This document shows, piece after piece, positions 39,152 through 49,159 of a stretch of DNA of 64,000 bases. A model generated the notes under the pieces. It was not told where the DNA came from. It saw only the letters and a program-made list of their open reading frames with translations, and did not search any database. Made by a program: the position numbers and the translations under genes. The DNA lies in sequence record KX009778, one strand, 5' to 3'. Within the stretch, counting starts at the first letter, position 1, and each line of letters opens with the position of its first letter. This DNA is from Escherichia phage UFV-AREG1.

Positions 39152-39434
39152 GAGAAATAATTCCTTGGTAAGCCCAATAAGGAGGATTAACAGAATCCTC
39201 ACCAGAGTTTTCTTCAGGAAAATAAACCTGGATAACAAATCCAGACGCATCAAAGGTAAAATAAACCGTAGGTAGTTCACCTAACAATTCGGCACGAGTA
39301 TTAATTTCTTCGAGATCTCGTTCACGTCCAGCCCAAAAACTAGGATTTAGACTACATTCGTAAAAATAATAGTCATTACCGAACATATCAAAACCCTTCC
39401 AACTCTCTACCACATACCGCTCAAAACTAATCAT
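39123..39434 (-). CDS. hypothetical protein
   Basis: 103-aa ORF. Confidence 0.45.
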   Translation of the reverse strand: MISFERYVVESWKGFDMFGNDYYFYECSLNPSFWAGRERDLEEINTRAELLGELPTVYFTFDASGFVIQVYFPEENSGEDSVNPPYWAYQGIISRGTKLELKE

Positions 39435-39436
39435 AA

Positions 39437-39652
39437 TTAAGCCTTTTTATCAAGAACAGAATTCAGCTTGTTAGTAATTTTATCCAGACGCTCATTAAAC
39501 TCACTAGAAGATAAGCCCTTTTCTGGAGAAATTAAACTAATAACGAAAAATATAGCAATAAAAGGAATAAGGAAAATAGCTCCAACTGCCATAAACAGAA
39601 AGAATGTTACAGTTGTAAGAAAATCAGCTAAACCTTTACGAAATTTATACAT
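39437..39652 (-). CDS. small membrane protein
   Basis: 71 aa with one long hydrophobic helix. Confidence 0.45.
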   Translation of the reverse strand: MYKFRKGLADFLTTVTFFLFMAVGAIFLIPFIAIFFVISLISPEKGLSSSEFNERLDKITNKLNSVLDKKA

Positions 39653-39767
39653 ATTTTACCCTTAATTAATTAACAAAGCATTGATAAGTACTAAACTATA
39701 TTGGGAATAAAATTCTGGACCAAAATGAAAAATCATATCATTTATAGTATCCATAATGCAATTCAAT

Positions 39768-40238
39768 TTAATCATGTTTCCACACCCCATCGGTATTTGA
39801 CCAAAGTCGCTGATTATCTGATCCTCGCCACAGCTTTTTAGTCGGAAGATTTTTCTCATACTTCCCATCAATAATAACATCAACATATTTAAGCATTTCT
39901 AGTTGTTTAATATCTTCAAACTTATATCCTGTCCACAACCAAATGCTTTTATTGGGATAAAGATTTTTTACTGTTTGAACCACAGAGTGAATCACGTCTC
40001 TGTTATCAGGATAAAGAGGGTCACCTCCGGTTATAGTTAATCCTTCTATATAATCATTATTCAAACATTCAATCAATTGTTCTAGTGTTTCACCAGTAAA
40101 TGGAATACCATTTCTAGCATTCCATGTTGATTTATTATAACACCCTTCGCATTTATGCAAACATCCAGTAACGAAAAGAACTGTCCTGCATCCAGGACCA
40201 TTAACAAAGCAGCACGGGTATATTCTGTCATAATTCAT
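39768..40238 (-). CDS. nrdG: anaerobic ribonucleotide reductase activase NrdG (radical SAM)
   Basis: 156 aa as T4 NrdG; Cys cluster CRTVLFVTGCLHKCEGC. Confidence 0.85.
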   Translation of the reverse strand: MNYDRIYPCCFVNGPGCRTVLFVTGCLHKCEGCYNKSTWNARNGIPFTGETLEQLIECLNNDYIEGLTITGGDPLYPDNRDVIHSVVQTVKNLYPNKSIWLWTGYKFEDIKQLEMLKYVDVIIDGKYEKNLPTKKLWRGSDNQRLWSNTDGVWKHD

Positions 40239-41067
40239 TTATATATTTCCAATTATAGCCTTCAACACTTTTACGTTCGCCATTTAAACATTTTAAAATA
40301 TTTCCTTTGCTAGAAATATTAAAATATTTTGCTGCGTCTGGTATATAATTAAATGTTTTTAAAAGAACACCATCTTTATATGCGCCAAATAAATTAAGAG
40401 TATATTTTTCTCGAAGACGCTGATGTTTCCTTTTCATAACCTCAGGATTTGCATACGCCAACTTCAATGAATTTCTGTGTTTTTCTTTTACTTCAGGTTT
40501 TTGCATTGCTAACTTAGTTAGCCTGGAAATTTTATTTCTAACTTCGTCAGTTTTCATTGCATTTGACAAATTTAATAAAGTTTTATTTCTAACTTCAGGT
40601 TTTTGCATTGCTAACTTAGTTAGTTCTCTATGTCTTTTTCTAAAATCGTCATCCTTCCATATATTTTTCGATAATTTTGACATAGAGCGGTGAAATAATT
40701 CCTTTTCACTGGAATACAATTTAAAAATTTCATCCAATTCATCCGCATTAAATCTATCGGTATTCGAGTTTATCATTCTATGAAAGGCATAACACATTTT
40801 ACTATTGCTTGTTTTAGCTAAATAGTAATGAGCTAACGCATGGTCATAATATGACAAATTAACAATATTCCATTTATCTGTTTTATATTCAGGAAATATA
40901 GATTTGGGAAGCACGTGATGTGCTTCCGTTTTTCCTTTTATTTTAGGATTATTATAATTTTTTGTTATCAAATCAACATATGACAATAGTAAATCATTAT
41001 TTTCTTCAAATATTAAAGCTAATTTATCATTCACAAAATCGCAAGGATAAAATCTATCATAATTCAT
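40228..41067 (-). CDS. HNH homing endonuclease
   Basis: 279 aa; HNH-type motif AHHVLPKS...N...HALAHY; repeated LTKLAMQKPEV helices; inserted between nrdG and nrdD (the slot T4 mobC occupies). Confidence 0.7.
   Translation of the reverse strand: MNYDRFYPCDFVNDKLALIFEENNDLLLSYVDLITKNYNNPKIKGKTEAHHVLPKSIFPEYKTDKWNIVNLSYYDHALAHYYLAKTSNSKMCYAFHRMINSNTDRFNADELDEIFKLYSSEKELFHRSMSKLSKNIWKDDDFRKRHRELTKLAMQKPEVRNKTLLNLSNAMKTDEVRNKISRLTKLAMQKPEVKEKHRNSLKLAYANPEVMKRKHQRLREKYTLNLFGAYKDGVLLKTFNYIPDAAKYFNISSKGNILKCLNGERKSVEGYNWKYINEL
40491..40623. repeat. 31-bp perfect direct repeat inside HNH endonuclease gene
   Basis: CTTCAGGTTTTTGCATTGCTAACTTAGTTAG at 40491-40521 and 40593-40623; encodes repeated LTKLAMQKPEV helix. 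Confidence 0.8.
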
Positions 41068-42881
41068 TGGTGTTTAACCCTATGCATGATTTCTTTATTT
41101 TTACCGAGATTAAATCCGCGTTCATTCGGATTTCCCAAATAACCACATGTTCTTCTTATTGTGTTCATCTTTTTAGGATCAGTTTCTCCACAGATAGAAC
41201 AAACAAATCCGTTTTCAGTAGGAGTCATTTCATGGGTACTTCCGCATGTAAAACACTTATCTACTGGCATATTAACACCAAAATAATCTAAATACTGTGC
41301 AGCATAATCCCACACGGCCTCAAGACCTTTTAAGTTATTTTTCATATCTGGAAGTTCAACATAAGAAATGTGACCGCCGGTCGCAATGAAATGATATGGC
41401 GCTTCACGAGAAATCTTTTCAAACGGAGTAATATTTTCTTCTACTGAAACATGGAAACTGTTAGTGTACCAGCCTTTATCGGTAACATCTTTTACACTTC
41501 CATATTTTTCTGTATCAAGTTTACAGAAGCGATAACAAAGGTTTTCAGCAGGAGTCGAATATAAACTAAAAGCAAATCCAGTTCTTTCAGTCCACTGTTT
41601 AAGATGAGCATTCATTTTAGTTAAAATTTCTTGTCCAATATCACGACCGACAAGAATATTCAATTCGTGAATACCAATGTATCCTAGGGACACTGAACTT
41701 CTACCGTTTTTAAATAACTCAATTATATCGTCATCAGGTTTAAGACGAACCCCGAATGCACCTTCTTGGTAAAGAATAGGAGCAACAGTTGCTTTAACTC
41801 CTTTTAAGGAACTAATTCTACACATCAAAGCTTCAAAACATAAATCCATTCGTTCATTGAACAATTCGATAAATTTCTGTTCATTGAACTGTGTTCCAAT
41901 ATAAGAATCTAATGCGATACGAGGAAGATTCAGTGTTACAACACCAAGATTATTACGTCCATCAAGAATTTCATTACCAGTCGAATCTTTCCATACGCTC
42001 AAGAAACTACGGCAACCCATTGGAGAAACCGGAACTGAAGAACCAGTAATAGCTTTATTATTCTTAACCGAAATAATGTCAGGATACATTCTTTTGCTTG
42101 CGCACTCTAGAGCAAGCTGTTTAATATCATAGTTCGGATCGTTTTTATAAAGATTAACACCTTCTTCAACAAACATAACAAGCTTAGGAAAAATAGGAGT
42201 TATCCCATCACGACCAAGACCTTTAATACGATTTTTCAGAATTGCTTTCTGAATCATTCGTTCAGTCCAGTCAGTTCCCGTACCAAATGTAATTGTTACA
42301 AAAGGCGTTTGCCCGTTTGAACTAAAAAGAGTATTTACTTCATATTCATAAGCTTGGAATGCATCGTATACATCTTTTTCTGTTTTAGATTGAGCATAAT
42401 TCAACGCATCAGCGATTTGCCATTTTTCTGCATCCTCAATATGTTTTGCATAGGTGCGTTTAACATAAGGAGAAAGTACTTTATCTACATTAGCAAAAGT
42501 CGTTCCGCCGTATTGATGGGAAGCAACCTGTGCAGTAATTTGTGCCATAATTGCGGTAGCAACTCCAATTGATTTAGGAGTTTCAATCTGTGCATTACCT
42601 AGCTTAAATCCGTTTTCAAGCATTCCTTTTAAATCTACTAAACAGCAATTAGTAAATGGAAGAGCAGGGGAATAATCAATATCGTGGAAATGGATAATTC
42701 CGCTTTCATGCGCTTTCATAATAAAAGACGGGACCATATTTTTGGCAATGTGTTTAGACACAATACCAGCCATAAGGTCCCGTTGAGTTGGAAAAACACG
42801 AGAATCTTTATTAGCATTCTCGTTTAAAAGGTCTTTATTAGTTTTATGAATCAATCCTTCAATTTCTTTTTCAATTGTCAT
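41064..42881 (-). CDS. nrdD: anaerobic ribonucleoside-triphosphate reductase NrdD
   Basis: 605 aa as T4 NrdD; C-terminal glycyl radical motif RTCGYLG; Zn-binding Cys pairs. Confidence 0.9.
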   Translation of the reverse strand: MTIEKEIEGLIHKTNKDLLNENANKDSRVFPTQRDLMAGIVSKHIAKNMVPSFIMKAHESGIIHFHDIDYSPALPFTNCCLVDLKGMLENGFKLGNAQIETPKSIGVATAIMAQITAQVASHQYGGTTFANVDKVLSPYVKRTYAKHIEDAEKWQIADALNYAQSKTEKDVYDAFQAYEYEVNTLFSSNGQTPFVTITFGTGTDWTERMIQKAILKNRIKGLGRDGITPIFPKLVMFVEEGVNLYKNDPNYDIKQLALECASKRMYPDIISVKNNKAITGSSVPVSPMGCRSFLSVWKDSTGNEILDGRNNLGVVTLNLPRIALDSYIGTQFNEQKFIELFNERMDLCFEALMCRISSLKGVKATVAPILYQEGAFGVRLKPDDDIIELFKNGRSSVSLGYIGIHELNILVGRDIGQEILTKMNAHLKQWTERTGFAFSLYSTPAENLCYRFCKLDTEKYGSVKDVTDKGWYTNSFHVSVEENITPFEKISREAPYHFIATGGHISYVELPDMKNNLKGLEAVWDYAAQYLDYFGVNMPVDKCFTCGSTHEMTPTENGFVCSICGETDPKKMNTIRRTCGYLGNPNERGFNLGKNKEIMHRVKHQ

Positions 42882-43351
42882 TTTAAACTCTTTCTAAGCT
42901 GCTTCTTGAATGAAGCTATTAACTGTGTTTTTGTGTCAGATTCATTATATTCAAATCCTCTTTGAAGCATCTCGGCCATCATTTCCTCTTTTCCTAAACG
43001 AGAAAATTCCTTTGATTTATCTCCAACAAAGTTAGGGTGAATATTATTTTGGGTGTAATCGGATTTTAAATAAGTAAGTAAATTTTCTAACCATTCAAGA
43101 TAATCAACACCTTGTCCCTTTAAGCCAGAACGATTAAATTTGTGCTTCATTTGACCTTCTGCGGCATTACAGAGATTACAAAGCAATCCACGTACCTTTC
43201 CTGCTTTTGGTCCATTTAATTCATGGTCATGGTCGAGGTGATTAGCTTGAACATCAGGATTTAGTTCTCGTTGGCAAATTAAGCATTTACCGTTTTGTGC
43301 ATCATAAAATTTCTGTTTTTCTTCTTTATATAATTTGCCAGTCAATAACAT
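42878..43351 (-). CDS. 49: endonuclease VII (Holliday junction resolvase) gp49
   Basis: 157 aa as T4 gp49; Zn-binding CLICQ...CNLCN and HLDHDHELNG catalytic region. Confidence 0.85.
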   Translation of the reverse strand: MLLTGKLYKEEKQKFYDAQNGKCLICQRELNPDVQANHLDHDHELNGPKAGKVRGLLCNLCNAAEGQMKHKFNRSGLKGQGVDYLEWLENLLTYLKSDYTQNNIHPNFVGDKSKEFSRLGKEEMMAEMLQRGFEYNESDTKTQLIASFKKQLRKSLK

Positions 43352-43392
43352 AATAAACCCTTACCTTAAATAGATAAGGGTATTTATTATTT

Positions 43393-43896
43393 TCAAGTAT
43401 TGTAAAACATTTGATTCAATCGCTTATATTGCCGAATCTTTTGGTCAGAAAAAGAAATTTGGGTTTCAAGCCATTCAATATATTCTGCCGCAGCTTGCAT
43501 CAAATTTCCTTCATAGCCATCGTTATTTTCTTGTGCAGCTAATTTAGCTAATGCGTATGGAATACGTTCACCTTGAAAATCGGCTTTAGGCTTCTGAACA
43601 ACTTGATTAGTTCTCTCTACAACTTCTTCAATTTCACCATTTTCTACTGATTCAGTATTCCACAAGCACCAATACGTAGTTGGCTTATCGTAGATGTTAA
43701 TAATCTTTCTATCAGAAAGTTCAATTTCAATAATTCCAGTATCAGGTTCTATATCATCTTCACATTCTTTTGCAAGTTCACGAACTTTAAAGACAGTACC
43801 TGCACTAAGTTCCGGCCAGTAATTACATAGCTCTTTATCAGCACGATTAATTCTAAACCACTTATCTACTGTAATCATGTCCCATCTCCATATCAA
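43393..43896 (-). CDS. hypothetical protein (pin position)
   Basis: 167-aa ORF between gene 49 and nrdC; synteny only. Confidence 0.45.
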   Translation of the reverse strand: MIWRWDMITVDKWFRINRADKELCNYWPELSAGTVFKVRELAKECEDDIEPDTGIIEIELSDRKIINIYDKPTTYWCLWNTESVENGEIEEVVERTNQVVQKPKADFQGERIPYALAKLAAQENNDGYEGNLMQAAAEYIEWLETQISFSDQKIRQYKRLNQMFYNT

Positions 43897-44000
43897 TTAA
43901 GTCATTTATTGTAGGTTCATTATATACTGTTTCTTCATCAGTGTAAACCGGTTCTTCCGGCTCTGGCTCTACAGTTTCCCATCTAGCCGCCCACCAAGGT

Positions 44001-44210
44001 TTAACCCCGAAGCTTATTAAGTTCTTCATAATCAATCCAGGATTCTAATCCTGATGGCAAATCAGATTCAATTTCCCAAAGAAGTTCTTCAATTTTCTGA
44101 AGACGATCTAGTTCTTCGGCTGGAATAGTAACCATTGACGGAGCTCGTGATACATTAATATCGTAAATCATATTTACCCCAGTTTGACCATGCAATCGCC
44201 GTATTTCCAC
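44001..44210 (-). CDS. hypothetical small protein
   Basis: 69-aa ORF. Confidence 0.4.
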   Translation of the reverse strand: MEIRRLHGQTGVNMIYDINVSRAPSMVTIPAEELDRLQKIEELLWEIESDLPSGLESWIDYEELNKLRG

Positions 44211-44389
44211 TTAGAAATAGACTTTTCACCGTTAGAATAATAAACTTCGAGTTTAGCACGATTATTTTTAATTTGAATAACCTTTGCTGTCATCAAAGTT
44301 CCATACCCATAGTAAACTGCAACTTCATCACCTACATATACCGCGCTTCCGCGGTAATCGTGAATATAGTCAGTTCCTTCAAGCATCAT
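44174..44389 (-). CDS. hypothetical small protein
   Basis: 71-aa ORF. Confidence 0.4.
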   Translation of the reverse strand: MMLEGTDYIHDYRGSAVYVGDEVAVYYGYGTLMTAKVIQIKNNRAKLEVYYSNGEKSISKWKYGDCMVKLG

Positions 44390-44649
44390 TTAAAATATTC
44401 TCGCAGTTGGTCAAATCCACCAATATGACTTCCATCAGGAGCAAATACCTGAGGCATTGTCAAGCCGATTTGAGTATCACGACCTAGTTTCGTTAGAAGC
44501 TCAGCGATTTTCTCATCATCAAAAACACCTTTTTCCGGCATAATGTTGATAAATTCAAATGGCTGTTTCTTCACGGTCAAAAGACGTTTTGCATTATCGC
44601 AATACACACATTTGTGGATGTTGCTATCATAGCCATATACTTTAAACAT
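44386..44649 (-). CDS. nrdC: thioredoxin/glutaredoxin NrdC
   Basis: 87 aa as T4 NrdC; CVYC redox motif (MFKVYGYDSNIHKCVYCDNAKRLL). Confidence 0.8.
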   Translation of the reverse strand: MFKVYGYDSNIHKCVYCDNAKRLLTVKKQPFEFINIMPEKGVFDDEKIAELLTKLGRDTQIGLTMPQVFAPDGSHIGGFDQLREYFK

Positions 44650-44650
44650 A

Positions 44651-44893
44651 TTATTCCTTAATTCCTAGTACTTGTTTAAAAGTCTCGTCGTAATCAAGAC
44701 TTTGGCCCGTTTGTTCTTTATGTTTGTATATAATATCACTTACTTCTGATAGCATATTTTTATATGAACGAGTTAAAGCAGATTTAAGCACGCTGTATCT
44801 ATCAGGAAATTTACCATGTTCATTATAATAAGCTATTGCTAATTCACGGACTGCCTTTTCAGCAGCCTCCATATATTCTTTACGCTTGGTCAT
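44651..44893 (-). CDS. hypothetical small protein
   Basis: ORF 44651-45052; start moved to [13 protein letters not shown] so overlap with upstream gene is short. Confidence 0.4.
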   Translation of the reverse strand: MTKRKEYMEAAEKAVRELAIAYYNEHGKFPDRYSVLKSALTRSYKNMLSEVSDIIYKHKEQTGQSLDYDETFKQVLGIKE

Positions 44894-45197
44894 TTTCTTC
44901 TCGGTCAAATCGGTGTTTACAATGGCGGCATTTATAACGAAGATTACTAGTCTGCCAATGGACCAATTGCACCTGTTCAGTTCCACATTCAGGGCAATTA
45001 GGAACGTTTTTAGAAGCCCTTTCGCGACGTTTAACCATAGCCATAATGGCATCCCATGCTGGAGGTTTAAAATCTAAATCGTCACAACCATGAATCTTTC
45101 CACGCATTTCCATATCATCTTCCTCACCAGCCATAATAATTTTAATTAAACTGGAATTACTTGAAGCTGCAATGTCTTCTAATAGACGCTTTTTCAT
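44880..45197 (-). CDS. zinc-ribbon protein
   Basis: 105 aa with CPECGTEQ...CRHCKHRF. Confidence 0.5.
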   Translation of the reverse strand: MKKRLLEDIAASSNSSLIKIIMAGEEDDMEMRGKIHGCDDLDFKPPAWDAIMAMVKRRERASKNVPNCPECGTEQVQLVHWQTSNLRYKCRHCKHRFDREENDQA

Positions 45198-46123
45198 TTC
45201 AATACCTCAATAGCATTACGTAAACCATTTGCTTTTGCATTAAGAGCTTTTAACAATTTGGTGTGTTCTGCAATTTGGGCTTCAACTTCAATTAAGCGAG
45301 CATTGAGATATTCACGTTCTTCGCTCAGGTTATCAACCTTTTCTACTTTAGGTTCTTTTACAATTGGCTTGTATGTATTAGGGTTCTTCAGTTTAATTAG
45401 AATGCGTGAGCTGTATAACATTGAACCATTATCTTCGGTTTCGTCATACATTTCCACTACGTCCATCATCTCCACCATCGTGCAGAGTTTATAAGACAAC
45501 GAACGAATAGTTTTGTTGTGCTTATTAATTTCTCTAGCTGTCATGGTGCCGAGATTACGTGAGTAATAATAAGGAACCTGGATATTAATTAATACTGATG
45601 AACCACCTGGCTTGTGTGTTACTTCATCAGCAATAACCCAGTCCTTAACATGAACTGTATTTGTACGGTCATCACCCGCGGTAAACAGTTTGCGAGCATG
45701 CTTAAAAAGCATATTCACTTGGTCATTGAATTGACAGGCGAATTTATCAGCAAATTTAGTTTCAGGAATGGTAGATAACCAATCAGCCAAGTGGGTCTTT
45801 TTAACATCGTTAACAATAGTAAATTCAACCAAATCGGTTATAGATGTCGCAGATTTAATGAAGCTCGGCTTCATAAAGTTTTTAATGTTATCACTAGCTA
45901 CAGTAGAAGATAACAGACGAGAACGTTTAAACCATTGAAGCAAATTGCCTAACGAATGAGAATAAGCGTTTTGAGTATCTTTACAGATATGATTTTCCTG
46001 GCCAACATATTGAAGGAAATCACGAAGAATATTATTGATTACTGCTCTGTGCCCGATCTGATAATTACGATGTTTAGTAATAAGACTGTCAAAATAATCA
46101 ATATAATGTTTACGAGTTTTCAT
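45194..46123 (-). CDS. coiled-coil-tailed family protein, member 1
   Basis: 309 aa; starts MKTRKHYIDY; C-terminal heptad-like helix [44 protein letters not shown]. Confidence 0.55.
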   Translation of the reverse strand: MKTRKHYIDYFDSLITKHRNYQIGHRAVINNILRDFLQYVGQENHICKDTQNAYSHSLGNLLQWFKRSRLLSSTVASDNIKNFMKPSFIKSATSITDLVEFTIVNDVKKTHLADWLSTIPETKFADKFACQFNDQVNMLFKHARKLFTAGDDRTNTVHVKDWVIADEVTHKPGGSSVLINIQVPYYYSRNLGTMTAREINKHNKTIRSLSYKLCTMVEMMDVVEMYDETEDNGSMLYSSRILIKLKNPNTYKPIVKEPKVEKVDNLSEEREYLNARLIEVEAQIAEHTKLLKALNAKANGLRNAIEVLK

Positions 46124-46175
46124 ATTCTTCTCACTTGGTTAATGGTTTATACTCCGAGCCATCCTTGGCTTTAAA

Positions 46176-47177
46176 TTACTTAATTAACTGTAAAGCTTGT
46201 TCCAAACGATCAAGACGATTAACAGATTCTTCCCAAATCCTTTTAGCCTGCTCATATTCTTTCTGCGCTTTATTAGAAATTTCTAGAACTTCTTTATAAG
46301 CTTTTTCTAGTGCAATAACTTCTGGACGAATTTCTACCGGTTCAGGAGAATCATCAAGATTATCCATTAGTTCCTCAAGGGTAGTTTCTTCTTTAGGAGT
46401 ATTCACAATTTCATCACATTTTTGTTGGTAAATTTCTTTATCAGTCGGTGAGTACGCACACTTTACTTCACGAAGACTAACTACAATTTTATATCCTTCC
46501 CAACCGCATATATTCTTAAAAGGATATGTATGAATATTTTCTACTGTTTCCATACAAAGTAATGCGGTTTCTAATTGACGAGTTATAGTGCTAGCAATTG
46601 AGAAAAATTTATTAATGTTCTTTTGGTTAGTTTCTGGTGTAAAAAATCCATAATTCACAAAAATAGATACTTTATTTTTATCAAGTTCATATTCTTTTAT
46701 GATAATCATATCAGAAGCCAAAGGATGAATTTGACGATAATCGCCATAACATAATTTAGAAGCTGATTTTAGAATCTGTCCTTTGAAAAGCCTGAAATTA
46801 CTAATCCAACGACGAGTAAAAATATTCTCAGGGTCTTCTTTATTATTAAGATGATAAGAATTAACATCACCGAACCAATTATATCCTACTACATCTTTGG
46901 TTCGTTTAATTTCTTTCCCAAAATTACCAAGAATATCCCGATTAACCAAATATGAAAGAAGACGAGACTCTTTAAAGGTTTTCTTGATAACATCTTTATC
47001 TACACGACTAGAAATTTTACGAATTTCATGAATAAATTTAGTAGAAGAAACAATACCTGCATCAACACTATTGAGCCATTGATTGATAATAGAAATAACG
47101 CTATTTTGACCAAACATCGGTATAGCTTTATCATCAATAACACTATTGAATGATTTGATATATTCGTTACGAGTCAT
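46176..47177 (-). CDS. coiled-coil-tailed family protein, member 2
   Basis: ORF 46176-47228; start at MTRNEYIKSF after GAGGAG RBS and promoter 47206-47235; C-terminal helix ...ALEKAYKEVLEISNKAQKEYEQAKRIWEESVNRLDRLEQALQLIK. Confidence 0.55.
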   Translation of the reverse strand: MTRNEYIKSFNSVIDDKAIPMFGQNSVISIINQWLNSVDAGIVSSTKFIHEIRKISSRVDKDVIKKTFKESRLLSYLVNRDILGNFGKEIKRTKDVVGYNWFGDVNSYHLNNKEDPENIFTRRWISNFRLFKGQILKSASKLCYGDYRQIHPLASDMIIIKEYELDKNKVSIFVNYGFFTPETNQKNINKFFSIASTITRQLETALLCMETVENIHTYPFKNICGWEGYKIVVSLREVKCAYSPTDKEIYQQKCDEIVNTPKEETTLEELMDNLDDSPEPVEIRPEVIALEKAYKEVLEISNKAQKEYEQAKRIWEESVNRLDRLEQALQLIK

Positions 47178-47205
47178 ATTAATCTCCTCAGTAGAAAGTA
47201 AGAAC

Positions 47206-47235
47206 ATTATACCACATCCTTGTGGCAAAGTAAAC
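47206..47235 (-). promoter_or_regulatory. early promoter for coiled-coil family member 2
   Basis: minus strand GTTTAC-18-TATAAT; spacer CCACAAGGATGTGG also found in promoter 2429-2458. Confidence 0.55.
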
Positions 47236-48260
47236 TAGTTCAGTGCATTTAGTGCATTGTTCAGTTTAGAACGTTGCTTTGTCAGATTTTGAACCCTTGA
47301 CTGAGCTTGTTCTAACACCTTTTCAGCTTCTAGCACTTCATTTGTCGCTTTAACGAGTTCATCATCTACTGCCTTAAGAGACTTCTCAATCGCGTCAGCG
47401 TGCCATTTTTCTACAGGTTTAAAATTTGAATTTTCAGTAGGAAGAAAACTCACTTTATTAAGTTTACATGCATCTATATTGCTTGAGCTATACATCCAAA
47501 ATTTAGGATCGTTTGATGAGTAATTGGATAAATTTAAATTTAAGTTATCTTGCACTTCCTGCTTTTTCTCTTGCGTGACTTCGTCCTTTCTCAAAAAATC
47601 GTATTTAAATGAAACGATCATATCAAGTTCATACGTTGTTGTGTCTAATTTAAATCGTTCAAAACGAGGTAAAATCTTAGATTGAACAGCAGCAACAACA
47701 TCCATATACTTAAATGCTTCTGTCAACTGCGATTTAAGGCATTCGCAAATTGAAAGAGAATTTTTTGTATTAGGTTTAAAGCTAATTCGTGCAGTTCTAT
47801 TATTTTCTTTAAATGGTCTTACTTCCATCTGAAGAGTATAACCATCAAATTTCAGATTCTTTAAGTTAATATCAGAACCTTTTAATCGACTAGCCGTAGA
47901 CAAAATTTGCTTTAATTGTTTACGGAATAGAGCAATAAATCTCCATTCAAGACGATAATGATTTGGATTAAAAAATCCTGTTGATAAATCAACCTTACTC
48001 TGACCAACGCCTTGAACAAATAGAGGATTTTTATAATCAATAGTTTTACAGAAATCGGTGAGCTGCTCACGAGCAGTCATTTGTGTAATATACCCCGCTT
48101 TACTAAAATGACGTAACCATTCACTGCTATTCATATACTTAAAGTGAATGGAACTATTAACTCTATCAGGGTCTAAATTATTTTGGCACAAAAATGTCAT
48201 AACATTACGGGTATAGCTGGCATTACGAACCATATCTTCAATTTGAGAACGAGTTTTCAT
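47235..48260 (-). CDS. coiled-coil-tailed family protein, member 3
   Basis: 341 aa; starts MKTRSQIEDM; C-terminal helix ...ELVKATNEVLEAEKVLEQAQSRVQNLTKQRSKLNNALNALN. Confidence 0.55.
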   Translation of the reverse strand: MKTRSQIEDMVRNASYTRNVMTFLCQNNLDPDRVNSSIHFKYMNSSEWLRHFSKAGYITQMTAREQLTDFCKTIDYKNPLFVQGVGQSKVDLSTGFFNPNHYRLEWRFIALFRKQLKQILSTASRLKGSDINLKNLKFDGYTLQMEVRPFKENNRTARISFKPNTKNSLSICECLKSQLTEAFKYMDVVAAVQSKILPRFERFKLDTTTYELDMIVSFKYDFLRKDEVTQEKKQEVQDNLNLNLSNYSSNDPKFWMYSSSNIDACKLNKVSFLPTENSNFKPVEKWHADAIEKSLKAVDDELVKATNEVLEAEKVLEQAQSRVQNLTKQRSKLNNALNALN

Positions 48261-48268
48261 GGTATTCC

Positions 48269-49159
48269 TTAAGATTTAAGTAAATCAACAATTTTAATTA
48301 ACTTTTCACGCTCAGATTTAGCTTTACTACTCAATCCAGATAGTCTGAAAATTTCATCATCATATTGTTGAATAGAAATATTCAGCTCTTCAATTTGCTT
48401 ATTAAAATAATCAATTTGTTCAGAATGTTTTTCGTTACTACGAACTGGTACAGGTTTTGTAGGCAATTTAGTTGAACTAGATTCATCCGGGCGATAAATT
48501 AAAATACAACTTGAACCAATAGGGCATTTTGCACCAGATGAATATTCTAATGTTCCAGCTTCTTTTAAAACTTCAAAAGCTAAACAGAGATGATGTCCCA
48601 TATTAACATAATCTGTAGAGTGAGCTCTGATGTAATAATCATCTCCACGAATACTAAATTTAAAGCATTTAAGGTCTTCTGTATTATTGGTCTTAAAAAT
48701 CATTTGTTTATCTAGACCTTTAGCTAATCGAGCGCCCAATGCTAATAATCGTCGTTGATTTTCCCACAAATCCGCAATCATTTGGTCGAATGATAATTTC
48801 GGCATTAGTCGACCATAAAGGTCATATCCTTTATTATAATTACGAAGGATTTCACTCGCGTTAATACGAGACAATGCTCCAATTTTATTAAGGGCTTTCA
48901 TAATACGATTAGATAAACTCATTCCAGACCCGTTTGTTCGCTGTAAATGTTTTTCTAATCCAAATCCAATATCAACTTTAAACTTATCTAAAATTTCAGC
49001 ATGAACATCTTTGTCGATAACATTCAAATCCAAAGTTGGGTTAAATCTATGAAAAAATTTATCTGGCTCTCCACGACGAAATACAGTCCATTCATTCATC
49101 ATTTTTTTATTAACTAAAGATTTAATTACTGTATTGACATTATTAATTACTACTGACAT
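48269..49159 (-). CDS. coiled-coil-tailed family protein, member 4
   Basis: ORF 48269-49195; start at MSVVINNVNT after GAGGA RBS; C-terminal helix ...QIEELNISIQQYDDEIFRLSGLSSKAKSEREKLIKIVDLLKS. Confidence 0.5.
   Translation of the reverse strand: MSVVINNVNTVIKSLVNKKMMNEWTVFRRGEPDKFFHRFNPTLDLNVIDKDVHAEILDKFKVDIGFGLEKHLQRTNGSGMSLSNRIMKALNKIGALSRINASEILRNYNKGYDLYGRLMPKLSFDQMIADLWENQRRLLALGARLAKGLDKQMIFKTNNTEDLKCFKFSIRGDDYYIRAHSTDYVNMGHHLCLAFEVLKEAGTLEYSSGAKCPIGSSCILIYRPDESSSTKLPTKPVPVRSNEKHSEQIDYFNKQIEELNISIQQYDDEIFRLSGLSSKAKSEREKLIKIVDLLKS

Noticed and set aside
39662-39886. 74-aa minus-strand ORF
   Set aside because: Overlaps the nrdG 3' end in another frame; nrdG is well supported.
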